Assembly (NCBI GenBank): GCA_030706405.1
Contig: JAUZOO010000002.1
Location: 65,167-129,166 of the forward strand
Length of the DNA: 64,000 bases
Reading direction: 5' to 3'
Origin: Bacteroidota bacterium
Lineage (GTDB): Bacteria > Bacteroidota > Bacteroidia > Bacteroidales > JAAUTT01
Below, one piece after another: positions 46,716-58,200 of the stretch. The notes under the pieces were generated by a model. It was not told the DNA's origin. It was given only the letters and a program-made list of their open reading frames with translations, and did not search any database. A program made the translations under genes and the position numbers. The first letter of the stretch is position 1. Each line of letters starts with the position of its first letter.

Positions 46716-47955
46716 CTTGTTTTCTGATAATCCAAAAGTACCACATAGCTATAAATAAAAGGAATGCAATACTTATTAAACAATATAAGACAACTGATAA
46801 AAGTACGTTTCCTTGCAAAAAACCAGCATAAAGCCCTGCAATCCGCAAAAGCATAAACACAATATCGAAAATAAGTACTTGTCTTTGTAAGGAAAAAACG
46901 TCGGCAATGAAGGCAAACGGAGTAACAACCAGAACTAATACCAGCCATGGCAACATTATTTTTAGATATTCAATGGACTCAGTCCATGAATTGCCAAGGT
47001 ATAATGTAATGATGGGTTTAGCCAGCAAGAAAACGGGTATTCCGCCCATAATACCGGCCGTCAGAAGTAATAACGACATCTTTTTGTAAACTGGCAGAAT
47101 GGCTTGCCGTTTTGTTTTTAATTCTGTAAATCGTTGGTACATAACCTGGTATAGCGAAGAGGAAACCAGCGTAATTACTTTATATCCTAATCCTAAAATG
47201 ATAGCAAAATATCCAGCGTCTTTCGCAGTAAAATAGTACGTTATAAAAAGTATGGGCATATTGGCCGAGAGTGCATTAATCAACGCCTGCACCATCCTGT
47301 ATTTTGGGAAAACAGCATACTTAGATAAAGCAGCTTTGAGATTATCCTTTTTTTGAAAGCAATTCCAAATCGATCGGTCGGATATGAATAGAGCCGCAGC
47401 CATCTGGCCAATCATGCTGCCCGTTACCAATCCCTTATTAAGTAGTCCCGAAAACCCCAACAATAACTTTGATGAAGTTGCTGTTATGTTTTGAAATACC
47501 GAAAGTTGGGCAAGCTTTGGATATTCTTTTAGCCGGTTGCGATAAAATGAAAAAATCTGGATAATACTTGTGGTAAAGACATAAAAAGGGATAAGATATA
47601 ATCCGGGAATTTTGGCTGGTGGTTTGATAAAGATTCCGGCTAACGTACAAATAATAAGGATAAAGAAACAAAAAGTGAGACACCATCTGAGCCCCAGACT
47701 CTTTAAATCCTCCGCTTCTTTTGTTTCCTTCGGAAGCATTAAGGCGTATTCAAACCTACCGGTCGAGATAATAGCTAGGATACCGGTAATGCTCAGAAAA
47801 ACGGAGAACTCTCCAAATTGTGCAGGCGAATAAAGACGGGTAAGGAAAGGATAGGCAATAACCGAAATGATTTGCGCGATAACGCTCCCCGACAGGAGAA
47901 GGGAGCTGTGGTATAAAATGGTTCGTATATCTTTAAATAGATGTCGGATATACAT
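46702..47955 (-). CDS. Wzx-like polysaccharide/oligosaccharide flippase (MOP superfamily)
   Basis: 417 aa with about 12 hydrophobic helices. It overlaps the downstream GT4 start by 14 nt. Confidence 0.65.
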   Translation of the reverse strand: MYIRHLFKDIRTILYHSSLLLSGSVIAQIISVIAYPFLTRLYSPAQFGEFSVFLSITGILAIISTGRFEYALMLPKETKEAEDLKSLGLRWCLTFCFFILIICTLAGIFIKPPAKIPGLYLIPFYVFTTSIIQIFSFYRNRLKEYPKLAQLSVFQNITATSSKLLLGFSGLLNKGLVTGSMIGQMAAALFISDRSIWNCFQKKDNLKAALSKYAVFPKYRMVQALINALSANMPILFITYYFTAKDAGYFAIILGLGYKVITLVSSSLYQVMYQRFTELKTKRQAILPVYKKMSLLLLTAGIMGGIPVFLLAKPIITLYLGNSWTESIEYLKIMLPWLVLVLVVTPFAFIADVFSLQRQVLIFDIVFMLLRIAGLYAGFLQGNVLLSVVLYCLISIAFLLFIAMWYFWIIRKQDAGR

Positions 47956-47977
47956 TAAATAGACTGTCGTTGTCGGG

Positions 47978-48691
47978 TTATTCTTCCATTAGTGTGGTGA
48001 AGTCAATTTCTTCACCCTGATTAACTTCGATAAGTTCATCTTTTTCGCAACGGAAAATACGTCCCGGGAATTTTTTTAGAAAAGAGTGGTTATGCGTAGC
48101 CATAATCACGGCGCGGTTGCTGTTTTTGATTTCCGTGAGCAGGTTCATAATTTCAGCCGAAGCTTCCGGATCGAGGTTGCCCGTAGGTTCATCGGCAATG
48201 ATTATTTCCGGGTCGTTGAGCAGGGCGCGGGCAATAACCACGCGTTGTTGTTCTCCTCCCGATAACTGGTTAGGCATTTTATAACCCTTATCCTCAAGCT
48301 TTACTTTTTCGAGCACTTCGTTAATGCGGCTTTCGGCTTCTACGTGATTTTTCCATCCGGTGGCCTTTAATACAAACGAGAGGTTGTCGTGAACATTGCG
48401 ATCGGTCAGCAACTGAAAATCCTGAAACACAATGCCCAGTTTGCGGCGGAGGAAAGGAATTTGTTTCTGCCTGATTTTGCGAAGGTCGAACCCTGCAACA
48501 TTACCTTCGCCCGATAATAAAGGCAACTCGGCATTGATAGTTTTGATGATGCTGGTTTTGCCACTTCCTACTTTGCCGATGAGATAGGCCATTTGGCCCT
48601 TTTGTAACGAAAAATTCACCTCTTTTAGTATCAGATTTTCCTGCTGATAAATAGAAGCATTGGTAAATTCGATAATGTTTTCGGGATTCAT
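47978..48691 (-). CDS. ftsE: Cell-division-type ABC ATPase FtsE
   Basis: [28 protein letters not shown] and an FtsE-like [17 protein letters not shown] segment. Confidence 0.8.
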   Translation of the reverse strand: MNPENIIEFTNASIYQQENLILKEVNFSLQKGQMAYLIGKVGSGKTSIIKTINAELPLLSGEGNVAGFDLRKIRQKQIPFLRRKLGIVFQDFQLLTDRNVHDNLSFVLKATGWKNHVEAESRINEVLEKVKLEDKGYKMPNQLSGGEQQRVVIARALLNDPEIIIADEPTGNLDPEASAEIMNLLTEIKNSNRAVIMATHNHSFLKKFPGRIFRCEKDELIEVNQGEEIDFTTLMEE

Positions 48692-48942
48692 ATTGCAATG
48701 TAATCTTTGTCGTATTTCACAATCACAAACTTACAGGATTTTTCCGAAAACACGCAAGCTTTCTGAAAAATAGGGGAGAAGGAGAGGTTTTCGACGCATT
48801 GTTGAATTTTTATTAAAGCTATAAAGATAGTGTCGATCAGTATAATCTGAATAAATTAGCGGCCAACGTCTATGAATTTTTATCTTGTTGAAAATTAGGA
48901 TGTAGTCTGCTGAGAGTTTTATATTGAATATAAGTCAAATTT

Positions 48943-48985
48943 TAATGCTACTAATATTGTAGCATTAGTATTTTATATATATTTG
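48943..48985 (+). promoter_or_regulatory. Palindromic operator candidate plus -7 box upstream of the Rrf2 gene
   Basis: TAATGCTAC-taatatt-GTAGCATTA (48943..48967), followed by TATATTTG (48978..48985). Confidence 0.5.
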
Positions 48986-49008
48986 CCACAAATATAGCAC
49001 AGTATTTT

Positions 49009-49431
49009 ATGTGGATTAATACCAAGATACGTTACGGATTACGCACTATTATAGAGATTGCAGAATCTTCTGAAGGTGGTATTTTGCAAAAAGATATTGC
49101 GCATAATCAGAATCTCTCGCTCAAATACCTGGATGCTATTATTGCTGCCTTAAAGTTAAAAGGATTAATCATCAAACAAAAAGGGAAAGGAAATGGCTAT
49201 GTTCTGGCCCGTCCGTCCGAAGAAATTACGATGCTAGATATTTACACGGCATTTGAACCTTTGCATATTGTTGATTGTACAGAAAATAGAAACTATTGTG
49301 ACAGGATAGTCCATTGTAGAGCCAAAGACTATTGGGACGAATTTAAAGGTGAAGTTCAATCGATACTTCGAAAGAAAAATCTGAGCCAAATTTTAAAGGA
49401 ATCAAAAAACGAGGATCTGAGTACAAGTTAA
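49009..49431 (+). CDS. Rrf2-family transcriptional regulator with a three-Cys cluster
   Basis: N-terminal TKIRYGLRTIIEIA wHTH. Cysteines in DCTENRNYCDRIVHC suggest Fe-S ligation. Confidence 0.85.
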   Translation: MWINTKIRYGLRTIIEIAESSEGGILQKDIAHNQNLSLKYLDAIIAALKLKGLIIKQKGKGNGYVLARPSEEITMLDIYTAFEPLHIVDCTENRNYCDRIVHCRAKDYWDEFKGEVQSILRKKNLSQILKESKNEDLSTS

Positions 49432-49566
49432 TAATGCTATGAATCGTATTTAAAAACTCGTCGGTCATATGTAGTTATATACCTATTTCGAGTGTTTAAT
49501 ATTTTTTAACACTATTAATCCTATAGGATTTGTATGGGGATATTATCAATATTAAATTAGAATAAA

Positions 49567-50157
49567 ATGAATGTAAAAATTAGCAAAAAAATTTTTTGGC
49601 TGATCGCAGGCTGTTTAATTGCGACAGCCGGAGTAATCAGAGCTCAGAGCCCTAAAATAGTGTCTCATAGCTCAAGTGTGACAATTTACGGAACTTCCAA
49701 CCTACATAAGTGGGAGATGAAAGTTGCTCAGTTTGGAGGAGATATAAGCTCCTCGGCGACCAAGCAAATTACCTCGTTGGTTGTAAAAATTCCGGTGCAG
49801 TCGATTAAAAGCGAGAGCAGCATTATGGATGGTAAAGCTTATGATGCTCTGAAGTCCAAACAAAATCCAAACATTATCTTCCAGTTGTCAGAAGCTGCGC
49901 CAATTCATTTTGCCAACAAGGATGTAGAGGTAACCTTATCCGGTAACCTGACGGTAGCCGGAGTAACTAAAAAAATTACGTTCAAATCAACAGGTAAAAT
50001 GATTGCTGAAAAAAGCTGTCAACTTACCGGAAGCGTTCCTCTTAAAATGACCCAGTTTGGCATGAAACCTCCCACGGCAATGCTAGGAGCGTTAAAAACT
50101 GGCGATGATATAACAGTTAAATTCGTTGTAACGCTCGATAATATTACTACCGACTAA
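49567..50157 (+). CDS. YceI-like lipid/polyisoprenoid-binding protein
   Basis: Signal peptide and the motifs SVTIYGTSNLHKWE and GNLTVAGVTKKITF. Confidence 0.7.
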   Translation: MNVKISKKIFWLIAGCLIATAGVIRAQSPKIVSHSSSVTIYGTSNLHKWEMKVAQFGGDISSSATKQITSLVVKIPVQSIKSESSIMDGKAYDALKSKQNPNIIFQLSEAAPIHFANKDVEVTLSGNLTVAGVTKKITFKSTGKMIAEKSCQLTGSVPLKMTQFGMKPPTAMLGALKTGDDITVKFVVTLDNITTD

Positions 50158-50240
50158 AGCGATACGAATAACTGTCCTGATTTATCAGGTCTTAGAATGC
50201 CTTTTTAATTTAAATCTATATCACATATTAAATCAATTTT

Positions 50241-51518
50241 ATGAAAAAAACAATCATTGCAAGTTTAGCTGCTATGCTTATTTGTGGCTATGCATTTGGG
50301 CAAAATCGCCCTTACGACAAAAACGGGATTAACGTTTTTGAGACTCCCAAAGTAGAAGGGCCAAAGTATGAAGGTGTTAAATTAAAAATCGGTGGAAGCT
50401 TTACCGAATCGTGGCAAGCCCTTAAACACTCTAATACTTCGCCGTCGGCTAAATTGATTGGTATTAAACCTGGTTTCAACACCGCTAATGCCAACCTTTA
50501 TTTCGATACTCAACTGGAAGATGGTGTAAGCCTTAATCTTACCATGTACTTATCTTCGCGTCACCATAACGAAACATGGGTTAAAGGCGGATACATTCAA
50601 TTTGATAAATTCCCGTTCCTTCATTGCGCTTTGCTCGATCAGGTAATGAAGTTTACTACCCTTAAAGTAGGTCACATGGAAGTTAACTATGGTGATGCTC
50701 ACTTCCGCAGATCGGATAACGGAAATTCAATTTATAACCCGTTTATTGAAAACTACATTATGGATGAGTTTTCTACCGAAATCGGAGCTGAAGCAGATCT
50801 TCAGCACAACGGTTTGTTGGGAGTAATAGCTGTTACCAATGGCGAAATTAAAGGTGACATCAGCGATTATGTTTCTACAACGAAAATCGACTCCAGCCGA
50901 AACATAGCCCGCCGCCCTGCATTTATCGGTAAAATCGGTTTCGACAAACAACTTAGCTCAAATGTAAGATTGCGTGTTACGGGTTCGGGATATTATACTG
51001 CCGGAAGCGTAAGCAACACTCTTTATGGTGGTGACCGTGGAGGCTCGCACTATTTTGGTGTGTTGGAAAAAGATTTCGCAACAACATCTGCATTTTCCGG
51101 ACGTTTCAATCCCGGATTTACCGATAAAGTGGCTTCTTTAATGGGCAACGTGTTCCTGAAGGTTGGTGGACTGGAATGGTTTACAACGTTGGAAACATCA
51201 AAAGGTCGCAGTACCAAAGAAGCTGCTGAACGCACAGCCAGTCAGTTTGCTACCGACTTGCTGTATCGTTTTGGTTCCAGCGAGAATTTCTGGGTAGGAA
51301 CTCGTTACAATACCGTGAAATCGGAATTATTGAACGGAACCTCAATTTATGATGTAAACCTCAGCCGTATTGCAGTTAGTGGTGGTTGGTTTTTAACCAA
51401 AAACATCATGACAAAGCTTGAATACGTAGATCAGAAATACAAAAACTTCATAGCATCCGACATCCGCAATGGCGGTAAGTTTAGCGGTGTAGTTGTTGAA
51501 GCTGTAGTTTCTTTCTAA
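50241..51518 (+). CDS. Outer-membrane beta-barrel (porin-like) protein
   Basis: Signal peptide, alternating amphipathic strands and C-terminal EAVVSF. Confidence 0.6.
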   Translation: MKKTIIASLAAMLICGYAFGQNRPYDKNGINVFETPKVEGPKYEGVKLKIGGSFTESWQALKHSNTSPSAKLIGIKPGFNTANANLYFDTQLEDGVSLNLTMYLSSRHHNETWVKGGYIQFDKFPFLHCALLDQVMKFTTLKVGHMEVNYGDAHFRRSDNGNSIYNPFIENYIMDEFSTEIGAEADLQHNGLLGVIAVTNGEIKGDISDYVSTTKIDSSRNIARRPAFIGKIGFDKQLSSNVRLRVTGSGYYTAGSVSNTLYGGDRGGSHYFGVLEKDFATTSAFSGRFNPGFTDKVASLMGNVFLKVGGLEWFTTLETSKGRSTKEAAERTASQFATDLLYRFGSSENFWVGTRYNTVKSELLNGTSIYDVNLSRIAVSGGWFLTKNIMTKLEYVDQKYKNFIASDIRNGGKFSGVVVEAVVSF

Positions 51519-51612
51519 GTATTAAAATTAAAAGAGGTTGTCTCAGAATGACGATGGTTGCTGATTTCAGAGGTAACCTCTTTAAAAAAAATTACTTCAT
51601 AATTGCTTCAAT

Positions 51613-52236
51613 ATGATTATGAAAATTTTGATTGCTCAAATATTACTATTATTTGCTTTTGCTGCAGAATCAGTAGCACAAACAATTGTGTCTGTTGATC
51701 TTCAGAAAAATAGTTATTTGACAATAAACGGATCAACCAATATTACTCCTTTTAAATTAATCCAGGGAGTGGAACGGTTTCCAAGTAGGGAAATAATTGT
51801 TACAACTACGCAAGACCAGAACAAAATTATTCTCCAACATAACCAAATAACATTAGCTGTAAAAAACTTTACCTCAGATAATAAGATGGCTTTACATGAT
51901 TTTCTCAAATTAGTAAAGTCTGATATTTATCCTAATTTACAAATTGAAGTTAATTATTTGACAGTAAGTAAATATCCAGATAAGGATAAGCTTTTGATTG
52001 GAAATGCCTCTGTAAACATTACTATTATTGGTGTAACCAGAAAATATACCATTCCCATTTCTTCCAATAAAGAGGGATCAATCTATATTCTCGATGGAAA
52101 AAAGAAAATGAGCATTCGGGATTTTGGGCTCGTTCCTCCGGTCCATATGATGGGATTGATTAAGGTGAGTGAATGGATCAATATCGATTTTCACATGATC
52201 TTTAAGATTTCTGCCGAAATCCGTCAGACTTCCTGA
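51613..52236 (+). CDS. Second, divergent YceI-like protein
   Basis: Signal peptide, YLTINGSTNITPF and ITIIGVTRKYTIPI. More AT-rich than its neighbours. Confidence 0.55.
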   Translation: MIMKILIAQILLLFAFAAESVAQTIVSVDLQKNSYLTINGSTNITPFKLIQGVERFPSREIIVTTTQDQNKIILQHNQITLAVKNFTSDNKMALHDFLKLVKSDIYPNLQIEVNYLTVSKYPDKDKLLIGNASVNITIIGVTRKYTIPISSNKEGSIYILDGKKKMSIRDFGLVPPVHMMGLIKVSEWINIDFHMIFKISAEIRQTS

Positions 52237-52272
52237 TTTATTCTGATGAATTTTTGCTTTAACGCATTATAA

Positions 52273-52327
52273 AAAATTAAATCCGAATATCGGCGTCAGC
52301 ACAATCGATATTCGGATTTAATTTTTT
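52273..52327. terminator. Bidirectional terminator between the YceI-like gene and the lipoprotein gene
   Basis: About 20-bp stem (AAATTAAATCCGAATATCG with CGATATTCGGATTTAATTT), with A and T runs on either side. Confidence 0.85.
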
Positions 52328-52336
52328 AGCTTGATT

Positions 52337-53032
52337 TTAGTCCTGAATTGAATCGGAGACAACAGCTTCAGTGGCTGCCGGAGCTTCGGGTTGGGTGAGC
52401 GACGAAATAAAGACGGAGCTTTTCAGATCGGGATTATTGAGAATCTCCTGAATAGCTTCTTCGCGCTTTTGTTTATTGGTAATTTTAAGGGCTTTACTAG
52501 CAAACTTGGCAACAGCAATATCAACATCTGCATATACTACTGAGCTTGCTTTAAGCCACCCGCTTTGGATTGATTTGCTTCCGTTGCGCTTTCCTATTAC
52601 TTCAAGAAATCCGTCCTGCTCCGATTTAACGGCTACAATATCCATTTTGCTGAACGTTTTGGAGGTCTTATTTAGTAGGTTAGGACGGGAGTAAACAACA
52701 GCAGCATCCTCAATTATGGCTGCAGCACGTAGCCCAACAATTACATAGGCATTCAGTGCCCATCCTTCTTGTCCGTCTTTCAGCTTAATTCTAATGTAAG
52801 TTCCCGATTGACCCGATGTAGAGTCTGCTTTGGTTTCGTCCAAAAAGGTTACGGTTTCACCTAAACTGATGGAGCTTATAACTTTAGCTGTTTTATTTGG
52901 ATCAGTCCGTAAAGCTACATTATCGGCAATACAGATGGCTGTTTTGGTTTCTTTATTCCGATGGCACATGCTGCAAGAGTCGAATACCAACGGAATAATT
53001 GCAAGTAATAACAGATAAGCCTTTTTCATCAT
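52337..53032 (-). CDS. Lipoprotein with two SH3b-like repeats
   Basis: Lipobox VFDSC. Repeated segments have the pattern (alrtdPn...vis.l..Ge.v). Confidence 0.5.
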   Translation of the reverse strand: MMKKAYLLLLAIIPLVFDSCSMCHRNKETKTAICIADNVALRTDPNKTAKVISSISLGETVTFLDETKADSTSGQSGTYIRIKLKDGQEGWALNAYVIVGLRAAAIIEDAAVVYSRPNLLNKTSKTFSKMDIVAVKSEQDGFLEVIGKRNGSKSIQSGWLKASSVVYADVDIAVAKFASKALKITNKQKREEAIQEILNNPDLKSSVFISSLTQPEAPAATEAVVSDSIQD

Positions 53033-53172
53033 AAAAATGTTTAGTTAAGTACAACGTTAATTTAGTAATTATAAAATTTCGGACTAAAATATAAAATTGA
53101 AATCTAAGCTCAAAACTATTGTTGAGCTTGAATAGAAGTATTTATAAATTTGAGAAAGAAATGTACTCCAAT

Positions 53173-53197
53173 AAAAAAGCCGGAGCTTAACTCCGGC
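53173..53197 (-). terminator. Terminator of the 597-aa gene
   Basis: GCCGGAG pairs with CTCCGGC, followed by a T-run on the minus strand. Confidence 0.85.
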
Positions 53198-53203
53198 TTT
53201 CGT

Positions 53204-54997
53204 TTATTTTACAACAGCAATCTGTAATCCTTGCAATATGGCTTCAAAATTTTTAAGCGCTTGTTGCATCTTTTCTTTTACCTTGTCCGATTCTTCTTTG
53301 AGTTCCGGAATCAGGGTGTGGTAATATTCAATTCCTTCAATAAGTTTAGCTTGGAAGTTCGCCAGATATTGACGGTTTTTATCGTTGATGAGCGCGTTGT
53401 TATCGTCCAGCTTTTTTTTCAGATAATCGACGTATAACGAAAGTTCCTTAACAAACATATTGGGACGGGTGTTTAAATCGGCAAGGTTTATTCGTCCGTA
53501 AATATGGTCAATCATCTCACGCAACGTGGCCTTTTTGTGGAAATAAGCGAGGTTTGGCCCGGGACAGATGGATACAAATTCAGTTTCGAGCGGAATATCG
53601 TTTACTATTAGGCTGGTCGTGCTCAGTCCAACGCAAAGACACGATTTTTCGGCCATAAGATCAAGTGCAGCAGCCTTTTCTTCGGGTGTAAGGTTTTGTG
53701 TATTAATTTCTTTTGTCCGTTCGCGCATGTATTGTTTGGACGCGGTACAGATAGGTTTTTCGGTATACGTGGTATTGAACGATAAATGACCTTTAATACA
53801 AGCCCAACCCGGTTTACCTTCCTGTAATCTTTTTTTCTTTTCGATGTTCATCGAGCTTGGACGGAAATTGTTGAATAACACACCCAATGGCGAAGCTTCA
53901 CTAATAAAATAATCGTCTTCGGTAGCTTTGCCAAATTGCTCGATCGTTTTCTCATCAACGTTCATGGCTTCGGGAACCAACAGAAATGGCGAGCCCCAGC
54001 CGATGGAATCCATGTTGTAATGACGGAGCAGGAAGTTATGCTCCTCTGGTGTACCAACGCCGCCTTGCACGGTTATTCGGAAAACGGGCGTTTTGTTAAG
54101 TTCTATATTTTTGCTTTTTAAACCTTGTGTGTAAGTTTCAAGAAGCATTTGGTAAAGCGACTCACGGTTGTTTTTAAATTCTTCGAGGATGGGACCAAGC
54201 AGGTAACCGTCGGTAGCAAAAGCGTGACCTCCGCAGTTTAAACCCGATTCGATACGAAATTCAGAAATCCACAACCCTTTTTTGGCCAACACTTTCCCCT
54301 GGATTAAGGCCGAGCGGTAATCGCTAACTTTCAAGATAATGCTCTTTTTGTATTGCCCGTTTTCATCAGGATAGAAATCGGGGAACTGTTCGAGGTAGGT
54401 AAATAACCTGGGGTTCATACCTGCCGAGAATATAATCGACGAGGACAGTTCACTCTGAGCAAAACCACGCAAGGCCGAATGTGCATCATTATATTCCTGA
54501 GGAAGTGCGCTTCCGTCAGGAGCATAATTGGTTTTATCCAGTTTGGTCATGATATTAACATCAATGGAACCGGGTGTAATCTGGCTACGTAACCATTGCT
54601 GCATCTTTTCAACCTCTTTGCTGTCGGAAAGCTGATTTAGCTTTTGATAAGCTTGTTTTAAAAGCGAAGTGTCCGGAAGCATTTCGAAATATTTAACCAG
54701 TTCGCTACCTGCCTCAAAAGCAGATTGTTTCAGGCTTTCAAATTGTTTTTTGACAATTTTGTTAAGAAGGTTCAGATAGGCCGTAATTTGTTTGTCGGCA
54801 GCATCAAACCCTTTAATTTCGGAGTATGGCTCGTTTTCTTTCTGACAGTAATGTTTGCGCATTTTTTCGCAAAGTGTGGGCTCAGTTAATGAGATAACGG
54901 ATGAAATACCATACCGGGCAACTTTTGCCGGAGTGTCCACCGAATAACCAATTCCCAAAACTGGTATGTGAAACGAGTGTTCAGTTTTTTTAAGCAT
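53204..54997 (-). CDS. Conserved-looking hypothetical protein (597 aa), possibly a TIM-barrel oxidoreductase
   Basis: A long uninterrupted ORF with its own intrinsic terminator. Motifs HIPVLGIGYSVDTP, GLNCGGHAF and VQGGVGTPEEH. I cannot name a family. Confidence 0.45.
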   Translation of the reverse strand: MLKKTEHSFHIPVLGIGYSVDTPAKVARYGISSVISLTEPTLCEKMRKHYCQKENEPYSEIKGFDAADKQITAYLNLLNKIVKKQFESLKQSAFEAGSELVKYFEMLPDTSLLKQAYQKLNQLSDSKEVEKMQQWLRSQITPGSIDVNIMTKLDKTNYAPDGSALPQEYNDAHSALRGFAQSELSSSIIFSAGMNPRLFTYLEQFPDFYPDENGQYKKSIILKVSDYRSALIQGKVLAKKGLWISEFRIESGLNCGGHAFATDGYLLGPILEEFKNNRESLYQMLLETYTQGLKSKNIELNKTPVFRITVQGGVGTPEEHNFLLRHYNMDSIGWGSPFLLVPEAMNVDEKTIEQFGKATEDDYFISEASPLGVLFNNFRPSSMNIEKKKRLQEGKPGWACIKGHLSFNTTYTEKPICTASKQYMRERTKEINTQNLTPEEKAAALDLMAEKSCLCVGLSTTSLIVNDIPLETEFVSICPGPNLAYFHKKATLREMIDHIYGRINLADLNTRPNMFVKELSLYVDYLKKKLDDNNALINDKNRQYLANFQAKLIEGIEYYHTLIPELKEESDKVKEKMQQALKNFEAILQGLQIAVVK

Positions 54998-55297
54998 ATA
55001 GTGTTTAATAATATGTTATATATTAGGCAGAGAAAGAATTAAGTAATTGAAGGAGCATTCTGCAGGTTTGAGAGTTTTTAAAAATTTTTTCGTAAAGGTA
55101 TCAGTAATTTCTGTTTTTGCCAAATGAGAAAAATTGAGCCAATTTTAAGGGGATTTTGAGGTTTGGCACTTTTTGTGCAATAACCCATTTTCTGTAGCGT
55201 TCTTTTTTCGGTTTGTGGTTTAAATCTGTATTTTTACCTGATTTTTAGGCGGCCGATAGCCGTTTCGCTAATAAATTGTATAAGAAAATATTTGAAT

Positions 55298-58200
55298 ATG
55301 AAGATATACCGGATTCTTGTTGCGAGTTTTTGGTTGCATTGTTTTGTGTCAGGCCTTTATGCTCAAAAAAGCTTGATTAACACGTTGCCCGACCTGGATT
55401 ATAAAACTGCTGTTGAACTATTTGAAAAACAGAAATATGTAGCTGCCCAGCAATATTTTCAAAAGGTTATCGACAAGCCATCTACGGCACACACCGGAAT
55501 CAGGGCAAATGCCGAGTATTATTCGGCTCTCTGTGCGTTGGAACTTACCAATCCCGATGCAGAATACCTGTTGGTGAAGTTTTTGGCAGCCAATCCTGAA
55601 AATTACAAGGTTAATGAGGCTAATTTCTACATGGCCCGCCATCAGTATAACGAAAAGAAATACAGCAAAGCGGTGGAGTGGTTTGATAAGGTTGATGCCT
55701 CCAAATTGTCCGAAAGCGGGCAGGCTGAATATCATTTCGAAGCCGGTTACAGCTATTTTATGGTTCAAAAGTACGATAAGGCCAGGTTGCATTTCGCTGC
55801 TATCAAGGATGTTGACACTAAATATACCGCTCCGGCGTTATATTATTATTCGCATATCGCTTATGAGCAAAAGAATTACGAAACTGCACTTGAGGGTTTT
55901 CTGCGCCTGCGCGACGACGAGACTTTTGCTCCCATCGTACCTTATTATATTACACAGATTTATTTTCTTCAGAAGAAATATGACAAGGTCATCGCTTTTG
56001 CACCGTCTTTGCTCGATTCTGTAACGGATAAACGAGTGGGCGACATGTCCCGCATGATTGGGGAATCGTACAGCAAGCAGGGGAAATATTCCGAAGCTCT
56101 CCCATACTTCGAGAAGTTTGCAAAGAAATCTCCAAACATGACTATTGAGGACCGTTATCAGGTGGCCTATGCTTATTACAAAGCGGGCGATTTAAAAAAT
56201 GCTGTTAAATATTTCGAGCCGGTTACAACCCGTAACAATGCTATGGCTCAGAATGCGCTGTACCACTTGGCCGATTGTTATTTGAAAATGCAGGATAAAC
56301 AGAAGGCACGTCTGGCCTTTTCGTCGGCTGCAAACATGAATTTTAATGATGATATCAAGGAAAACGCACTCTTTAATTATGCCGTGGTAACGTACGAGCT
56401 TTCCTTGTCGACCTTTAATGAGCCGGTAAAGGCTTTTAACGAATACCTGAAATTATATCCTTATTCGAACCATGCCGACGAAGCTCGCAATTATTTGGTA
56501 TTGGCTTATATGAGTACCAAAAATTATCAGGCTGCACTGGATGCTTTGGATAAAATCAAGAAAAAGGATAATTCCATTCGGCGTGCTTACCAGCGGATTT
56601 CATTCTTTCGCGGGTTGGAACTTTACAACAGCCTCAAATTTGAGAACGCCATCGATATGTTTGATAAATCGCTTGGTTATGCTGAGTTTGATAAAGTTTT
56701 GGCATCCAGGGCTTATTATTGGAAAGGCGAATCGTTGTACCGTATGGGCAAGTACCAGAAAGCTATCGAACTTTACCAGAAATTTATATCAGCCCCAGGT
56801 GCTGCAAGCCTCGATGAGTTTGAACTGGCTCATTACAACGTGGCTTATGCTTATTTTAACCAGAAAAAATACGACGAAGCGCTTACTTGGTTTCGTAAAT
56901 ATACCGGCCTGATGAAGAATGAAAAATCGCGTTACGTGGCCGATTCATATAACCGTATGGGCGATTGTTATTTCATGAAATCATCTTATTGGGTGGCTAT
57001 CGAAAACTACGATAAGGCAATTAGCTATAGTTTTGCCGATGTTGATTATGCGATGTTTCAAAAAGCTTTTGCACTTGGACTCGTAAGTCGTACCGAGAAG
57101 AAGGTTGCCCTGCTGAATGAATTAATCAATACGTATCCTAAATCGTCATATATCGACGATGCCTTGTACGAACTTGGCCGTGGTTATGTTGTGCTTAATT
57201 CCAACGGTCAGGCTATCGAATCGTACAATAAATTGCTAAAAAATTACCCGTCTAGCAGCTATGCTCCCAAAGCGTTACTGAACCTCGGACTTATCTATTA
57301 TAATACCGATAAAAATGACGAGGCCATTGCCAATTACAAACGGGTAGTGGAGCAGTATCCAGGTTCTCCTGATTCGCGTAATGCGCTTAACGGTTTGAAA
57401 ACCGTTTATATGGAGAACAATGATGTTGATTCCTATTTTGCCTATCTTGAGAAAAAAGGGGAAAAATCAAATGTTCGTTCTTCCGAACAGGATTCACTTA
57501 CGTACACAACTGCTGAAAATGTATATATGTCGGGCGATTGCGACAAGGCGCAACAACAATTTCAGAAATACATCGATAAGTATAAGGATGGGAGTTTTCT
57601 TGTGAATGCCAATTTTTATCTGGCCGATTGTCAGCTGAAAAATAATAAGACGGAACAGGCTCTGAAAGGGTTTGAATACGTTGTTTCGAAATCACATAGC
57701 ATGTTTAGCGAACAAGCTCTTTCGGCTGCGGCTACAATTCATTATAATAAAGAAGAATATGCTCCTGCCCGCGATTTATACAAACGTCTTGAGACTGAGG
57801 CGGAAATCAAGAATAATGTACTTGATGCAAAAATTGGCCAGATGCGTTGTAATTACAGACTGAAAGATGCTAAAAATGCCATTGTCAGCGCTAAAGCCTT
57901 GCTTACCGAAAAGATTCAGGACGAGGTTGAACGCGAAGCCCGTTACATTTTGGCTAAGTCGTACCTCGAAACACAAAATACCACGGCAGCCGTCGATGAG
58001 TTGAAAGTTGTGTCTAAAGACGTGAAGAGCGTGGAAGGTGCCGAAGCTAAATACCTTATTTCCCAGCTTTATTACGATCAGGGCAAGAAAGATCTGGCCG
58101 AAAAGGAAATTTTCGATTTCATAAATAAAAATACTCCGTACCAATACTGGTTAGGAAAAAGCTTTATCCTTTTGAGCGATATTTATGTAGACCGCAAGGA

